Shown here: piece by piece, positions 54,647-64,000 of the stretch
Numbering within the stretch: position 1 is the stretch's first letter
How the letters are laid out: every line of letters begins with the position of its first letter
Virus record (IMG/VR): IMGVR_UViG_3300046817_000765
Length of the DNA: 64,000 bases
Source of the DNA: a virus
Reading direction: 5' to 3' (one strand)
Program-made: the position numbers and the translations under genes
The notes under the pieces: model-generated
The model's input: only the letters and a program-made list of their open reading frames with translations
What the model was told of the DNA's origin: nothing
The model's database searches: none

Positions 54647-57600
54647 GCCCCTTTCTTGATCGTCGCCCCTCCACGCTCGGCGAGGATATCGTCGAAGTGA
54701 TCAGTGGTCTTCGGCGCGATGGCTTTCAATAGCTTTTTGTAGACCTTGCCGTTGGCGCTGCTGGTGAGCGAGACGTATTGCGCGAACATCTCGGCGGTCT
54801 GGAAGGCCGGGACTTTATTGTAATACGCGACCCCGTGGCCGCTGCCGAAGCGTTCCTTGGTCATCGCGCCGATGAAATCCTGGAACTGCGAGTTGTCGAC
54901 GTCGACGGCCCTCACCTCGTCGTAGCGGCCCTCGAAGGTGTAGGACTTGTCTATATCCCGCTGGACATCCGGGACGTGCGCGAGGTCGCCGTGGACCAGC
55001 ACCTCCATGATCGCCTGTTGCGCTTTGAGCCTCGGCCCGGCGAACGCCTTCAGGTCGTCCTCGGTCAGGCCGACCTTCTCCGCTTCGTCGGCGAGGTCAT
55101 AGGCGTTGGTTTTGTATGACAACCCTTGCCCTGCTCCTTTCTTGAACTGCCACCTCCTGATCTGCCCCATCAGCGTGTCGGCCTCGCGGGCGCGATCCCC
55201 GTCCGCCCGGTACGACGCGTTGTTCCGGCCGACGCCCCAGCCGGCGCCGTTCCAGTCGATCGCGTGGCCATACTCGTGCCGCCAGGTGCCCGTGTCCTTC
55301 AAGCTGTCCATCTTGATTTCGTGCGGGTAGTTGTAATGCGCGCGGCCCCCCTCCTCGAATTTGACGCGGGTGAGCGGCAGGGTGTTCCGCATCGCCCCCA
55401 GCAGTTCCGGCGTGGCGTGCGCCCACGACCGCTCATGGAAGTCCTTCTCGCTCGCGATCCACTTGTGGCCGCGCTCCTTGATCACGTCGCCGATCTTCTG
55501 AGGTAGTTTGCCCTTGTCCGGCTCGGGCGTCGGTGACGGCTTCGGCTGGGGCTGGGGTTGTGGCTGGGGCCGCGGCGTCGGCGCCGCGTCCTGGCGCCGC
55601 CGGGCCGCCCGGTGCGACGAGAAATCCGTCTGCCACGCCTGGCCCATGTGGTCGATCAACTGGTTCGCGTACTGCTCGACCTTGCCGTGCAGTTCGCCAC
55701 CGGCGAGTTGCTTCAGCTTCGCGATGGTCTCGAGCGGCGGCGAGTGCTCCTCCAGCGCCCTGGTCACCAGCGCCTTCATTTGCCGCGCGGACGCCCGCTT
55801 CGCGACCCAGGCCTCCGGCGCGTCTGGCACCGTCGCGGCGAAGCTCGTGACATGCGCGTGCAGGCGCGCCTCTTGCTCGCGCCTGTGCGCGTCGGGATCG
55901 GGTGGCGGCGGGGCCGGTTCGGGTGTCCCGCCACCGCCGCCGTCCCGTTTGGTCGCGCGGCCGTGCTGGTGGGCGTCGATCCCGTGCGCCGCGGCGATGT
56001 GGTCGATGAGTTGGTTGGCATAGTCGGCGACCGCGCCGTGCACCTCTTTGCCGGCGAGGTCCTTGATCTTCGCGATGGCGGCGGCCGGGTCGTGGCCCTC
56101 CTCCAGCGCCTTGGTGGCGTAGGCCTTCATGGCCTTGGCCGAGCCCCGCCGCGCGACCCAGGCCTTGTCGGCGTCAGGCACGCGCGTGGCGGCCTCGCGG
56201 GTCCGCTCGGTAGCGGCGGCCGGCGCGGTCTCGCCGCCGCCCGTGGCCGCCCCACCGCCGCCGCCGGAGCCGAACTTGCCGCTCTTGTCGCGCGGGTGAT
56301 CCGTCTCTTTCCACTCGGCCGCGTCGGCCGCCAGGACACGTTCGACGTAGTCGTCGACCGGCGCCGTTGCTGTCTCGCCGTCGGCCTCGTCGGGATCATC
56401 GCCGCCCAGGGCGTCCTTCGCGGCCGCCGGTGGCGCCTTGCGGTACTTGTGGTTCTTCGGATCGTCGAAGTCGGTCAGGTTGGCCTTGATCGTATCCGCG
56501 CCCTGCACGAACCCCGACACAGCCCGGTGATTGCCGTTCCTGATGATGTATTTGCCATCCAGCTTCGCGACTTCGATCGGCGGATAGCCGGGCTCCAACG
56601 GGCGCAGCTTGTCGGGCTGGATGGTCCCCTGCCAGGCGTGCAGTTCCCGCACCGGAATGTCTTGCACGCCCTGAACCGGCTTCGCGTTGTAGTTGTTGGA
56701 CTTCAACTCGCTGTGCAGTTTGGCGAGTGGCAGCGGGGTCTCCTCGACGATGTCGCTTTTCTTGTGCGGCACGACGCCGGAGCCGAACTGCCAGCCCTCA
56801 TGCCCAGGGTCGTGCGTGAACGTGGCCGCCTCGGTGCCTTCCGGGGCCGGCGCGGCTGAGCCACCGCCACCGCCGCCGCCAGCGCCATCGATCTCGCCCA
56901 GCGAGTGCGGATGGAACACCGCGATCGTCTGCGCCTTGCCGTCGCCGCCGGTCTCGATGATCCCGTCGTGCCCGGCCTTCAGCCACGCCTCGCGCAGGTC
57001 CGCGTTCGGCCCGGCGGTGTCGGTGTATGCCCGCAGCGGCTCGCCGTCCGGCCCGGAAATGGTGCTGCCATCGGGCAGCCTGAACACCGGCGGCTGGAAC
57101 GTCTTTTTAAGCTCGTCGACCTTCTTCTCGACGTCGGCCGTGTTGCCGATGAACGGATTGCGAAGGTCCGGCTTCACGCGCAGCTTCGCCTCGCCGAAGT
57201 TGTCGCGGCCAGGATGGTCGCCGGGGAACAGATAGAGGCCAGCGCCCTGCCAGGTCCTGGTGCTGCTTTTCGAGAAGTCGTGACTTCCATCGCCTATCGC
57301 CTTCGCCCGCGCCGGGTTGGTGAAGTGCGTCGCGTCGGGCACCAGTTCCTTCGCCCGGTGGCCCGCCTCGGTCATCGCGGGCCGGTCGTCCGCGCTGGTC
57401 TCGTTGCGCGTGTGGCCGCCGCCGCCAGCGCCGAACTGGCCGTTTTTCGCCCGATCGTGGTCGGACTCGTTCCACTCGTCGGCGGCCTGCGCCGTGTCCG
57501 CGGCGGTCGGCATGACCTGGTAGCGTGAGTTCGGGATCAGCGTCTTGACGCCGCCCATTTCCGTGTGCCGGTTCGCGAACTCGTAGACGCGCGCCCGTGT

Positions 57601-60024
57601 CGTCGGCCTCCCCGAGAGCGCCTGCGCGGACAGCCGCGTGTGGCCGCTGATGACGAAATGCTCGCCGGTGTCCCGGTTGTGGCCGATCTCGGGCAGTTCC
57701 GGGTTGTGGTTGAGGTTCTCGATGTAGGCCTTGATGCCTTCCTTCGGCACGTAGGGTTGCCCGTAGTTGATCGCGTGGATCGGCACGTCTCGCACCGGCC
57801 CGTACTTCGGCGAACGGTTCTTGGCGCCGCCCAGCACGATCGTGTCCGGCTTGCCGAAGCCGATATCCGACGGGTGGATGATCCTGCCGTAACTGGCCCG
57901 ATCTTCGTCGGTGTCGGCCCAGGGGTGGTCGCGCTCCGTCAGCTTTTCCAGCGCCGCGTGCGCGGTCGCTTTTTCCTCCGGCGTGAGCGGATCGTTCCGC
58001 CCCTCGCTCGCGCCGTGCGCGGCCTTGAACTTCCGCTCCTTGCCGGCCGGATGAACGGAGTTGCCGCCGGGGCCGAACTTCCCGCCCTCACCGCGCGGGT
58101 GGTCGCCCTCCTTGAACTCATCGGCGCCCAGCCGGACGTGGCCCCGGTCGCCCTCGCCCAGGTGGACGTGGACCTTGGCGTCGGGATCTTGGGTGACGAC
58201 TTTGACGTGACTCTCGCCAGCCGGCAGCGCGGCGGCCTTGTCATCGTCGGTCTGGGGTTTGCCGTCGCGCGAGCCCTTGTTCGGGTCCGGGGGATTTGGC
58301 GAGCCGGCCGGCCCCAGCTTGCCGGGCCCGCTGGCGATCGGCGCGGGTGAGCCCCCGGCGGGCTTGGACAGCCCCGAGGCGTCAGGCGGCGGCCCACCGG
58401 AGCCGGAGGGAGGAACACCGCCCCCTGGTGGGCCGCCCGCGCCGCCGAGTGGATCTGGTTCCTGCTCGGGGGGCGTCGGCGCTGGCGTGGTGAGGTCGAG
58501 GCCCTGGTACGGGCTGTCGGACGCGCCGGCCAGCTTCTGACGGATTTCGTCCGGGCTGAGCACGCCCGCGTTGACGTAGACGGCGTCGAGGTCGGCGTCG
58601 GACTTGCGCGCCGTCGCCTCCTCCTCCTCGCTCATCTCGCGCAGCGGTTCCCAGGCGTGCGTGATGTCGTCGTCGATCTCGCCCCACAGGTCGAGCATCA
58701 ACACGTTCAGCACGGTCACCAGGTGGGCGTCGAAGAACGAGGCCTGCTGGGCCCGGATGAACTGGCTCCAGACCTGAAGCTCGCCCTCGCTCGTGGCGTT
58801 CAGCCCGGACGGCGAGATACCCAGCAGCACCACCAGCGGGATGCCCACGGCCGAGGCCATGTGTTCCTGGCTCTGCGCCTGCAGGTGGTCGATCGCGCCC
58901 AGCGGCGTGGCCACGTTCTTGAAGTCCTCGGTGGTCTTATCGAGGATCATCATGTTGTTGTTGTCGCGAAAGTAATTGAACATCTGGGCGCGCATCGCCA
59001 GCGTCGCCGCCGCGCCCGAGTTCAGCACCGCGCCCATGTTGGTCTGCAGCACCGGCGTCGAGAACGAGTGCACCAGATCGGACACCGACTGACGGGTGCG
59101 CAGCCAGTTGTCCACGTAGGGTTTGGCCATCTGCGACAGCGCCAGCCCGGCGAACGAATAGGCCGGCTTCAGCATGTCCGGCATTTCGCGGCCGATGAAC
59201 GGCAGCACCCGCGTGCGATGGATTTCCTTCCCCATCACCCACCACGTCTGCGGCAGATAGAAGCCCTCCCGCAACGGATCGGCGGCGTTGTAATTGTTCG
59301 GGTAGCACCACATCGGCTCGACCACCCGGATGCCCTTTAGGTCACCCTTTTTGATCATGCGCGGATCGACCGGCAGCGGCAGCTTCATCAGGTCGCGGTC
59401 ATCGCCCTGGCCGTTGTCGATGTAGAGGTGAGAGCGCCCGAAGAAGCCGTCGAGCAGCGCCAGCAGCGTGAACTTCTCCTTCAGCTTATGCCGCTTCATG
59501 GCGTCTTCGAGTTCGGCGATCCGGTCGGATTTGTCGTCCTGGCCCTTGGCCTGCAGGCGGAACCAGCGCCGCGTCATGTCCTTGGCGATCGTCTCGCTGA
59601 TGCGCCGGTATTCGGTGCGCTGGGCCAGTTCGGCGAGGTAAGGGAACCCCAGCCAGTACATCCCGTCGGTCAGCGCGGCGCCGTAGCCTGATCCGCCGAA
59701 GTTGGCCATCGGGTTGTTGAGGTCGTCCATCGCCATCGGGCGGACGCTCTCGGGCACCACGCCGGGCATCGGCGCGGCGGGACGGAACAGGCGCGTCTGG
59801 TCGGCCGGCGTCGCCTCGCGGGTCGAGTAGAGCCGGAACGGCGTGAGGTCGGTCTCGCCTGGGGTGAGGCCCAGGTCCATCAGCGCCCGATACATCGCCG
59901 TCGGGTCCATCGGCGGCGGCGGCGTGGGCCCGGCCGGCGCCTCGGACGGGGGTGGAGTCAGGCGCGCGGCGTCACGCGCGAGCAAGCCCAGCAGACCACC
60001 GAACAGGCTCGTCAGGAGCGCCAT
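54643..60024 (-). CDS. portal protein (DUF1073-like) fused to a ~1250-aa polyvalent-type extension
   Basis: Portal motifs 'F.G.PYLA.L.Q..EYR...IAKDMTR.W', 'DG.FG', 'IPLVVLLG.SP.GLNATSEGE'; one open frame continues into ParB-like, ART-like and HExxH domains. Confidence 0.85.
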   Translation of the reverse strand: MALLTSLFGGLLGLLARDAARLTPPPSEAPAGPTPPPPMDPTAMYRALMDLGLTPGETDLTPFRLYSTREATPADQTRLFRPAAPMPGVVPESVRPMAMDDLNNPMANFGGSGYGAALTDGMYWLGFPYLAELAQRTEYRRISETIAKDMTRRWFRLQAKGQDDKSDRIAELEDAMKRHKLKEKFTLLALLDGFFGRSHLYIDNGQGDDRDLMKLPLPVDPRMIKKGDLKGIRVVEPMWCYPNNYNAADPLREGFYLPQTWWVMGKEIHRTRVLPFIGREMPDMLKPAYSFAGLALSQMAKPYVDNWLRTRQSVSDLVHSFSTPVLQTNMGAVLNSGAAATLAMRAQMFNYFRDNNNMMILDKTTEDFKNVATPLGAIDHLQAQSQEHMASAVGIPLVVLLGISPSGLNATSEGELQVWSQFIRAQQASFFDAHLVTVLNVLMLDLWGEIDDDITHAWEPLREMSEEEEATARKSDADLDAVYVNAGVLSPDEIRQKLAGASDSPYQGLDLTTPAPTPPEQEPDPLGGAGGPPGGGVPPSGSGGPPPDASGLSKPAGGSPAPIASGPGKLGPAGSPNPPDPNKGSRDGKPQTDDDKAAALPAGESHVKVVTQDPDAKVHVHLGEGDRGHVRLGADEFKEGDHPRGEGGKFGPGGNSVHPAGKERKFKAAHGASEGRNDPLTPEEKATAHAALEKLTERDHPWADTDEDRASYGRIIHPSDIGFGKPDTIVLGGAKNRSPKYGPVRDVPIHAINYGQPYVPKEGIKAYIENLNHNPELPEIGHNRDTGEHFVISGHTRLSAQALSGRPTTRARVYEFANRHTEMGGVKTLIPNSRYQVMPTAADTAQAADEWNESDHDRAKNGQFGAGGGGHTRNETSADDRPAMTEAGHRAKELVPDATHFTNPARAKAIGDGSHDFSKSSTRTWQGAGLYLFPGDHPGRDNFGEAKLRVKPDLRNPFIGNTADVEKKVDELKKTFQPPVFRLPDGSTISGPDGEPLRAYTDTAGPNADLREAWLKAGHDGIIETGGDGKAQTIAVFHPHSLGEIDGAGGGGGGGSAAPAPEGTEAATFTHDPGHEGWQFGSGVVPHKKSDIVEETPLPLAKLHSELKSNNYNAKPVQGVQDIPVRELHAWQGTIQPDKLRPLEPGYPPIEVAKLDGKYIIRNGNHRAVSGFVQGADTIKANLTDFDDPKNHKYRKAPPAAAKDALGGDDPDEADGETATAPVDDYVERVLAADAAEWKETDHPRDKSGKFGSGGGGGAATGGGETAPAAATERTREAATRVPDADKAWVARRGSAKAMKAYATKALEEGHDPAAAIAKIKDLAGKEVHGAVADYANQLIDHIAAAHGIDAHQHGRATKRDGGGGGTPEPAPPPPDPDAHRREQEARLHAHVTSFAATVPDAPEAWVAKRASARQMKALVTRALEEHSPPLETIAKLKQLAGGELHGKVEQYANQLIDHMGQAWQTDFSSHRAARRRQDAAPTPRPQPQPQPQPKPSPTPEPDKGKLPQKIGDVIKERGHKWIASEKDFHERSWAHATPELLGAMRNTLPLTRVKFEEGGRAHYNYPHEIKMDSLKDTGTWRHEYGHAIDWNGAGWGVGRNNASYRADGDRAREADTLMGQIRRWQFKKGAGQGLSYKTNAYDLADEAEKVGLTEDDLKAFAGPRLKAQQAIMEVLVHGDLAHVPDVQRDIDKSYTFEGRYDEVRAVDVDNSQFQDFIGAMTKERFGSGHGVAYYNKVPAFQTAEMFAQYVSLTSSANGKVYKKLLKAIAPKTTDHFDDILAERGGATIKKGA

Positions 60025-60030
60025 GCGACC

Positions 60031-61449
60031 TCAAAACTGGAACGACGGAAGGTTGGCGCCGGGCGGCATGTGAATCCCCAGCTTGCGCATCTCGTCTGGG
60101 TCGATCCGCATCGGCGGAAGCTGGGCCACGGCGTTGTAGGCCCGCGAGGTGGCGTCGGCGTCGTCATCGTGGCCGTTCACGGGCGGGAAGTTCTCGAGTT
60201 CGGTGAACCACCGCTCGTTCCACCGCCCGCGCAGCACCATGATGTTGCCGACCTCGGCCTGCGAGGAAAACGGGCCGAACCGGGTCACCTTGTCGCCGCT
60301 CTCCGGCGATGAGTCGACGATATAGCCGGCCAGCATGTGGGTGAGCGCGACGATCTGGGCCACCCCGGCCTGGCCTGGGTCTTTCGGCAGGCTGGTGGTG
60401 TTCTCGTAGCCGTCCTGCTGCGCGTAGTTCAGGATGCGCCGGTTCACCTCGGCGGGCGATCCGCGGAACGCGTCGGCGTGGAGGATGATCCAGCGCCCGT
60501 CGTGCATCACGCCGATCTTGACGCAGGCGGTCCAGTCCGGGTCGTTGCCGTCCTTCTGCTCGGACGAGGCCAGGTCCCAGCCGCGCACGGTTTTGACGCA
60601 CACCGGCGGGATGTCGACGATCTGGCACCACGAGCGGTTGAAGTACAGCCCGGCCGACGGCCTGATCTTCCAGTTGCCGTTGAGCAGCCGCTCGCGCTCG
60701 ACCGAGGGCAGCATCATCAGGTTGCCGAGGTAGCCGGGGTCGGCGCGCATCAACGCGGGATTGTCGGCCAGCTTGGCGGCCACGAACGTCATGCTCTTGA
60801 CCGCCTCGACCGGCATCCCGGTCGCGCGCACCGCCTCGTCGCGGGTGTCGAACCAGACGATCTCGTCGCTGGCGCCGCGGGCGAAGTAACGCACGATCCC
60901 CGACCGTTCCGGGATCGGGTAGCCGGTGCTCTGGTCGATCCACCAGGCGATGAACTCGGCGACCCACGAGCCGGCGTCGGCGTTGCACGTCGCCCGGATG
61001 TAGGGCCGCACGCCCGTGGTCGAGCGGTTCCGGCTCATCAGATAGAAGAACTGGTAACGGGAAAACGACGTCAGTTCGTCGAACAGGATCAGCGCCACCT
61101 GAGAGCCGTGCCAGTCCAGCACGGTGGTGTCGTATTCGAGGTGCGCCAGCTTGACGGTGCCGCCGCCGGGCCAGCGCCAGTCCAGCCGCCCGATCGAGGG
61201 CACGCCGCCCGCGTGCGGGTAGAGTTTCATCGTCTCCGACCACAGCCCGCCCGGCTTGCGCAGGTCGGTGGTGTTGCGCCGGAACGCCACCGCGTCGAAG
61301 CCCTGGACACGCTTCACGTGGCGCAGCGGCTCCAGCAGCAGCGACCATGATTTGCCCGATCCGGCCGAGCCGCCGAATATCCCGATATCCGCCGAACTGG
61401 ACATGAACGCCTCTTGCGGGCCCGGCTGCGGCGAGATCACCACCGGCAT
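60031..61449 (-). CDS. terL: terminase large subunit
   Basis: Walker A 'GGSAGSGKS', Walker B 'ILFDEL', 'ATCN', nuclease 'GWDLA...HDDDADA'. Confidence 0.95.
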   Translation of the reverse strand: MPVVISPQPGPQEAFMSSSADIGIFGGSAGSGKSWSLLLEPLRHVKRVQGFDAVAFRRNTTDLRKPGGLWSETMKLYPHAGGVPSIGRLDWRWPGGGTVKLAHLEYDTTVLDWHGSQVALILFDELTSFSRYQFFYLMSRNRSTTGVRPYIRATCNADAGSWVAEFIAWWIDQSTGYPIPERSGIVRYFARGASDEIVWFDTRDEAVRATGMPVEAVKSMTFVAAKLADNPALMRADPGYLGNLMMLPSVERERLLNGNWKIRPSAGLYFNRSWCQIVDIPPVCVKTVRGWDLASSEQKDGNDPDWTACVKIGVMHDGRWIILHADAFRGSPAEVNRRILNYAQQDGYENTTSLPKDPGQAGVAQIVALTHMLAGYIVDSSPESGDKVTRFGPFSSQAEVGNIMVLRGRWNERWFTELENFPPVNGHDDDADATSRAYNAVAQLPPMRIDPDEMRKLGIHMPPGANLPSFQF

Positions 61450-61451
61450 GG

Positions 61452-61970
61452 TCAGGCGGCGTCCTCGGCCTCGCCCTCGATCGTCGCCGGCTCACGTGGC
61501 CCGTCGCGGCCGTTCTCGGGGATATAGAACACGACCTGTTCGCCCGGCGCGACGCCGGCCGCCGTCTGGTCGATCTCGTCGGCGGCGTCCCCGCCGTTGT
61601 TGACGCGCCACCGCGGGCCGCCATGCACGCCCATCAGATACATCAGCGCGCGCAGCGCCTGGGGCGTCTCGCCCATCGCGATCGTGTGGATCTTGGTGAC
61701 GTAGCCGGCGAGGCGGCGCTCCTTGCCGTGGGCCAGTTCCTCGGCGAAGTGCCGGGTCAGCGTTTCCTCGTCGCCGCAGGGCAGATTGCGCTGCTTCATT
61801 TCGCGGATGATGGCCTGCTGGGAGAACCCGCCCATCGTGAGGATTTCGACGAGCAGGCGCCACTCCGGCGAGGGTCGCCACGCGATCCGCCCGCGATCCG
61901 CGTCGAGATGGTCGCGCTCGCGGGACGGCGGCGGCGGCGGCACCGTGTTTGGCCGAGGCGTCAAAGTCAT
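61452..61970 (-). CDS. terS: terminase small subunit (putative)
   Basis: Directly upstream of terL; 'TLTRHFAEELAHGK'. Confidence 0.7.
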   Translation of the reverse strand: MTLTPRPNTVPPPPPSRERDHLDADRGRIAWRPSPEWRLLVEILTMGGFSQQAIIREMKQRNLPCGDEETLTRHFAEELAHGKERRLAGYVTKIHTIAMGETPQALRALMYLMGVHGGPRWRVNNGGDAADEIDQTAAGVAPGEQVVFYIPENGRDGPREPATIEGEAEDAA

Positions 61971-62147
61971 GGAGAATCTTCCGGTTGAATATCTGAGCAG
62001 TTGGGCGGAAGCGTTTGGACTTGCGAATTACTCTCCGACGCCGCCGTGGGCTGTCTTTTTCCACTGGATTTCGCCGCGCGATCGAGCGAATGACCGGCGT
62101 TCCTGGGCTGGGCAGCGTGCCCGCTCGCAATCAAGGGAACACCTGAT

Positions 62148-62843
62148 ATGAGCACGAAGATCACGATCAGCGACCTGACCTCGGCCGGGCTGCTGGAGGT
62201 TTACAATCGCTGGGGGAGCCAGCACGTCAAGAAGTTCGAGAATCGCGCCATCGGCGAGCGGCGGGTGGCGGCGCTACTCGCGGAAATGGACGACATGCCG
62301 CTGGCGATCGCGATGGGGACCAGGGAAGAGGCGAACGCGTTTTTCGCGGCGCGGGCGGCGAAGCGGACGAAGCGGGGGAAGGCGGCGACGCCAGCCCCGG
62401 TCATCCCCGACAACGACGGCGCTCCGGTGGTCGACGATCCGGCGGTCGGCGACGATACCTACGAGCGGCGCATGGCCGCCAGTGCCGCCGATCATGAGGC
62501 CGCCGAGGCTTTCCCCACCGGGGCGGGCGAGGCGGCCTTCCAGGCTTTCGTCGACACCGAGGAGGCGAAGGCGGCGGCGGCGCCCTCGGCGAGCCAGCCC
62601 GATCCGGCGGCGAAGCCCCGTCGGATGGCGGGTGTGCCGAAGCCCGGCTCCAAGGGCGGCATCATCGTGGCGCTGCTCAGCCGGGAGCAGGGCGCGACGG
62701 TTGACGAACTGATGGCGGCGACCGGCTGGCAGTCGCACACGACGCGGGCCTATTTCGTCGGCCTGCGCCGGATCGGCCTGCCGGTCGCGCGGGTGAGCAA
62801 GGGCGCCTATCGCATCGAGGCGGCGGTCGATCAGGCGGCCTGA
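62148..62843 (+). CDS. DUF3489-like domain protein
   Basis: 'SK...IVALL.REQGATVDELMAATGWQSHT.R...GL'. Confidence 0.85.
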   Translation: MSTKITISDLTSAGLLEVYNRWGSQHVKKFENRAIGERRVAALLAEMDDMPLAIAMGTREEANAFFAARAAKRTKRGKAATPAPVIPDNDGAPVVDDPAVGDDTYERRMAASAADHEAAEAFPTGAGEAAFQAFVDTEEAKAAAAPSASQPDPAAKPRRMAGVPKPGSKGGIIVALLSREQGATVDELMAATGWQSHTTRAYFVGLRRIGLPVARVSKGAYRIEAAVDQAA

Positions 62844-64000
62844 TCCACCGGGGCCCGCTCGGCGACGACGGCGGCGAAGGGCTTCGGCTCTTCGCCGTTT
62901 TCGCTCGTGAGCAGCGCCTCCTGGCCGGTGAAGTTCTGCCATCTCAGAATTCCGACATCAACGTAGAGTGGGTTGATTTCCAGACAGTGGGCGCTGCGTC
63001 CCGTCATCTCAGCGGCGATGCCGGTCGTGAAGCTGCCCGTGAACGGATCGTAGACGGCCTGGCCTTGGCTGCTGTTGTTTTCGATTGCGCGACGCATGCA
63101 CTCCACCGGTTTCTGCGTGCCGTGCCCGGTGCGCGCGTTCTCTCCCTTGCCGTTGCCGATGCCCTGGAAGGTGTTGTTGTTGACCTGCCACAGCGTCGAT
63201 TGTTTGCGGCCGCCCACGTAGTGGCCCGGCTTGCCCTTGCGCACGGCGTACCAGCACGGCTCGTGCTGCCAGTGATAGTCCCCGCGCGAGATGGGCGGAT
63301 GAGGTTTGGCCCAGATGATCTGGCTCCGCATCACGAAGCCGGCTTTCTCCAGGGACTGCTGCACCGCCGCCGCGTGCAGTCCGGCGTGCCAAACGTAGGC
63401 GACGTCGCCGGGGAACAGCCGCCACACGTCGGTCCAGTCCACCCGGCCGTCGTTCTCCACCCGGCCGGGAGCGACGTATCCGTTGGTAGTCCACAGGCCC
63501 GGCGCGCGGGTGCGCCATTCCGGGTCGTAGTCCACCCCATAAGGCGGGTCGGTGACCATGAGGTTCGGCCTGACGCCGGCCAGGGCGCGCGTGACGGCCG
63601 CGGGGTCGGTGCTGTCGCCACAGACCAGGGTGTGCCGCCCGAGCCGCCACCGATCGCCGGGGCGGGACGTCGGGGTATCAGGGACGGGCGGGACCTCGTC
63701 GGGATCGGTCAGCCCATCGGGCCGCAGCAGCTTCTCGATATCATCGGAGCCGAACCCGGTCAGCAGGAGGTTGTAGTCGAGCGCGGCGAGGCGGGCGAGT
63801 TCGGCGCGCAGCACCTCGTCGTCCCAGCCCGCGTTCAGCGCCAGTTGGTTGTCGGCGATGACATAGGCGGCGATCTTCGCCTCGGACCAGCCGCGCGCGA
63901 GCATGACCGGCACCTCGGCGTAGCCGAGCAGGGTGGCGGCGGCGACGCGGGCGTGGCCGGCGATGATGGTGCCGTCCTCGGTGGCGAGGATCGGGATGGT
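62831..64000 (-). CDS. ParB-N + DNA methyltransferase fusion (5' end beyond the window)
   Basis: 'PILATEDGTIIAGHARV.AA...ADNQLALNAGWD'; 'VTDPPYGV', 'HGTQKPV', 'YDPFTGS'. Confidence 0.92.
   Translation of the reverse strand, partial: TIPILATEDGTIIAGHARVAAATLLGYAEVPVMLARGWSEAKIAAYVIADNQLALNAGWDDEVLRAELARLAALDYNLLLTGFGSDDIEKLLRPDGLTDPDEVPPVPDTPTSRPGDRWRLGRHTLVCGDSTDPAAVTRALAGVRPNLMVTDPPYGVDYDPEWRTRAPGLWTTNGYVAPGRVENDGRVDWTDVWRLFPGDVAYVWHAGLHAAAVQQSLEKAGFVMRSQIIWAKPHPPISRGDYHWQHEPCWYAVRKGKPGHYVGGRKQSTLWQVNNNTFQGIGNGKGENARTGHGTQKPVECMRRAIENNSSQGQAVYDPFTGSFTTGIAAEMTGRSAHCLEINPLYVDVGILRWQNFTGQEALLTSENGEEPKPFAAVVAERAPVDQAA

Larger units (their letters stand above)
1..64000. mobile_element. Temperate-type contractile-tail phage genome (near complete, permuted)
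   Basis: Terminase, portal, capsid, sheath, tube, baseplate J, fibres, repressor/cro switch, RecT and replication initiator all present; no recognisable host housekeeping genes. Confidence 0.95.

Noticed and set aside
58450-60024. Anti-CBASS Acb1 nuclease call for the DUF1073-like region
   Set aside because: No paired HxT/S 2H-phosphoesterase motifs recognised; position after terL indicates portal.
1-64000. tRNA/rRNA genes and an integrase
   Set aside because: None recognised by eye; tRNAscan-SE and a recombinase HMM search would be needed to exclude them.

Overview
High-GC, probably alphaproteobacterial, temperate-type myovirus; the window looks like nearly a whole, circularly permuted genome with no host genes and no integrase. 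Left arm (minus strand, ~440-10561): early/replication operon running cro-like regulator, GapR/RMF-like protein, RuvC-like resolvase, DNA MTase, a guide-RNA module, O-like replication initiator with internal iterons, Q-like gene. Plus strand 10616-17574: CI-like repressor, RecT module, accessory genes including an FkbM methyltransferase. Minus strand 17571-64000: tail fibres, baseplate, tape measure, tube/sheath (DUF3277/DUF3383-like), neck, capsid (DUF2184-like), DUF2213-like protease, fibre/decoration module with a GT9 glycosyltransferase, lysis genes, portal, terminase, ParB-MTase. Main discovery: a TIGR-Tas-like system at 4514-6886, i.e. a nuclease-less Nop/IS110-C-terminal-domain protein plus 11 hairpin-enclosed dual-spacer units (CCA-N9-CG-ACAC-CCA-N9-CG). 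All units lie inside three translationally coupled ORFs, including the Tas-like gene itself. Other highlights: a 1793-aa portal fused to polyvalent-type domains, two Acb2/Tad1-like small proteins, an apparent ATC start codon and a rearranged baseplate cluster. All family assignments are motif recognition by eye; no searches were run.
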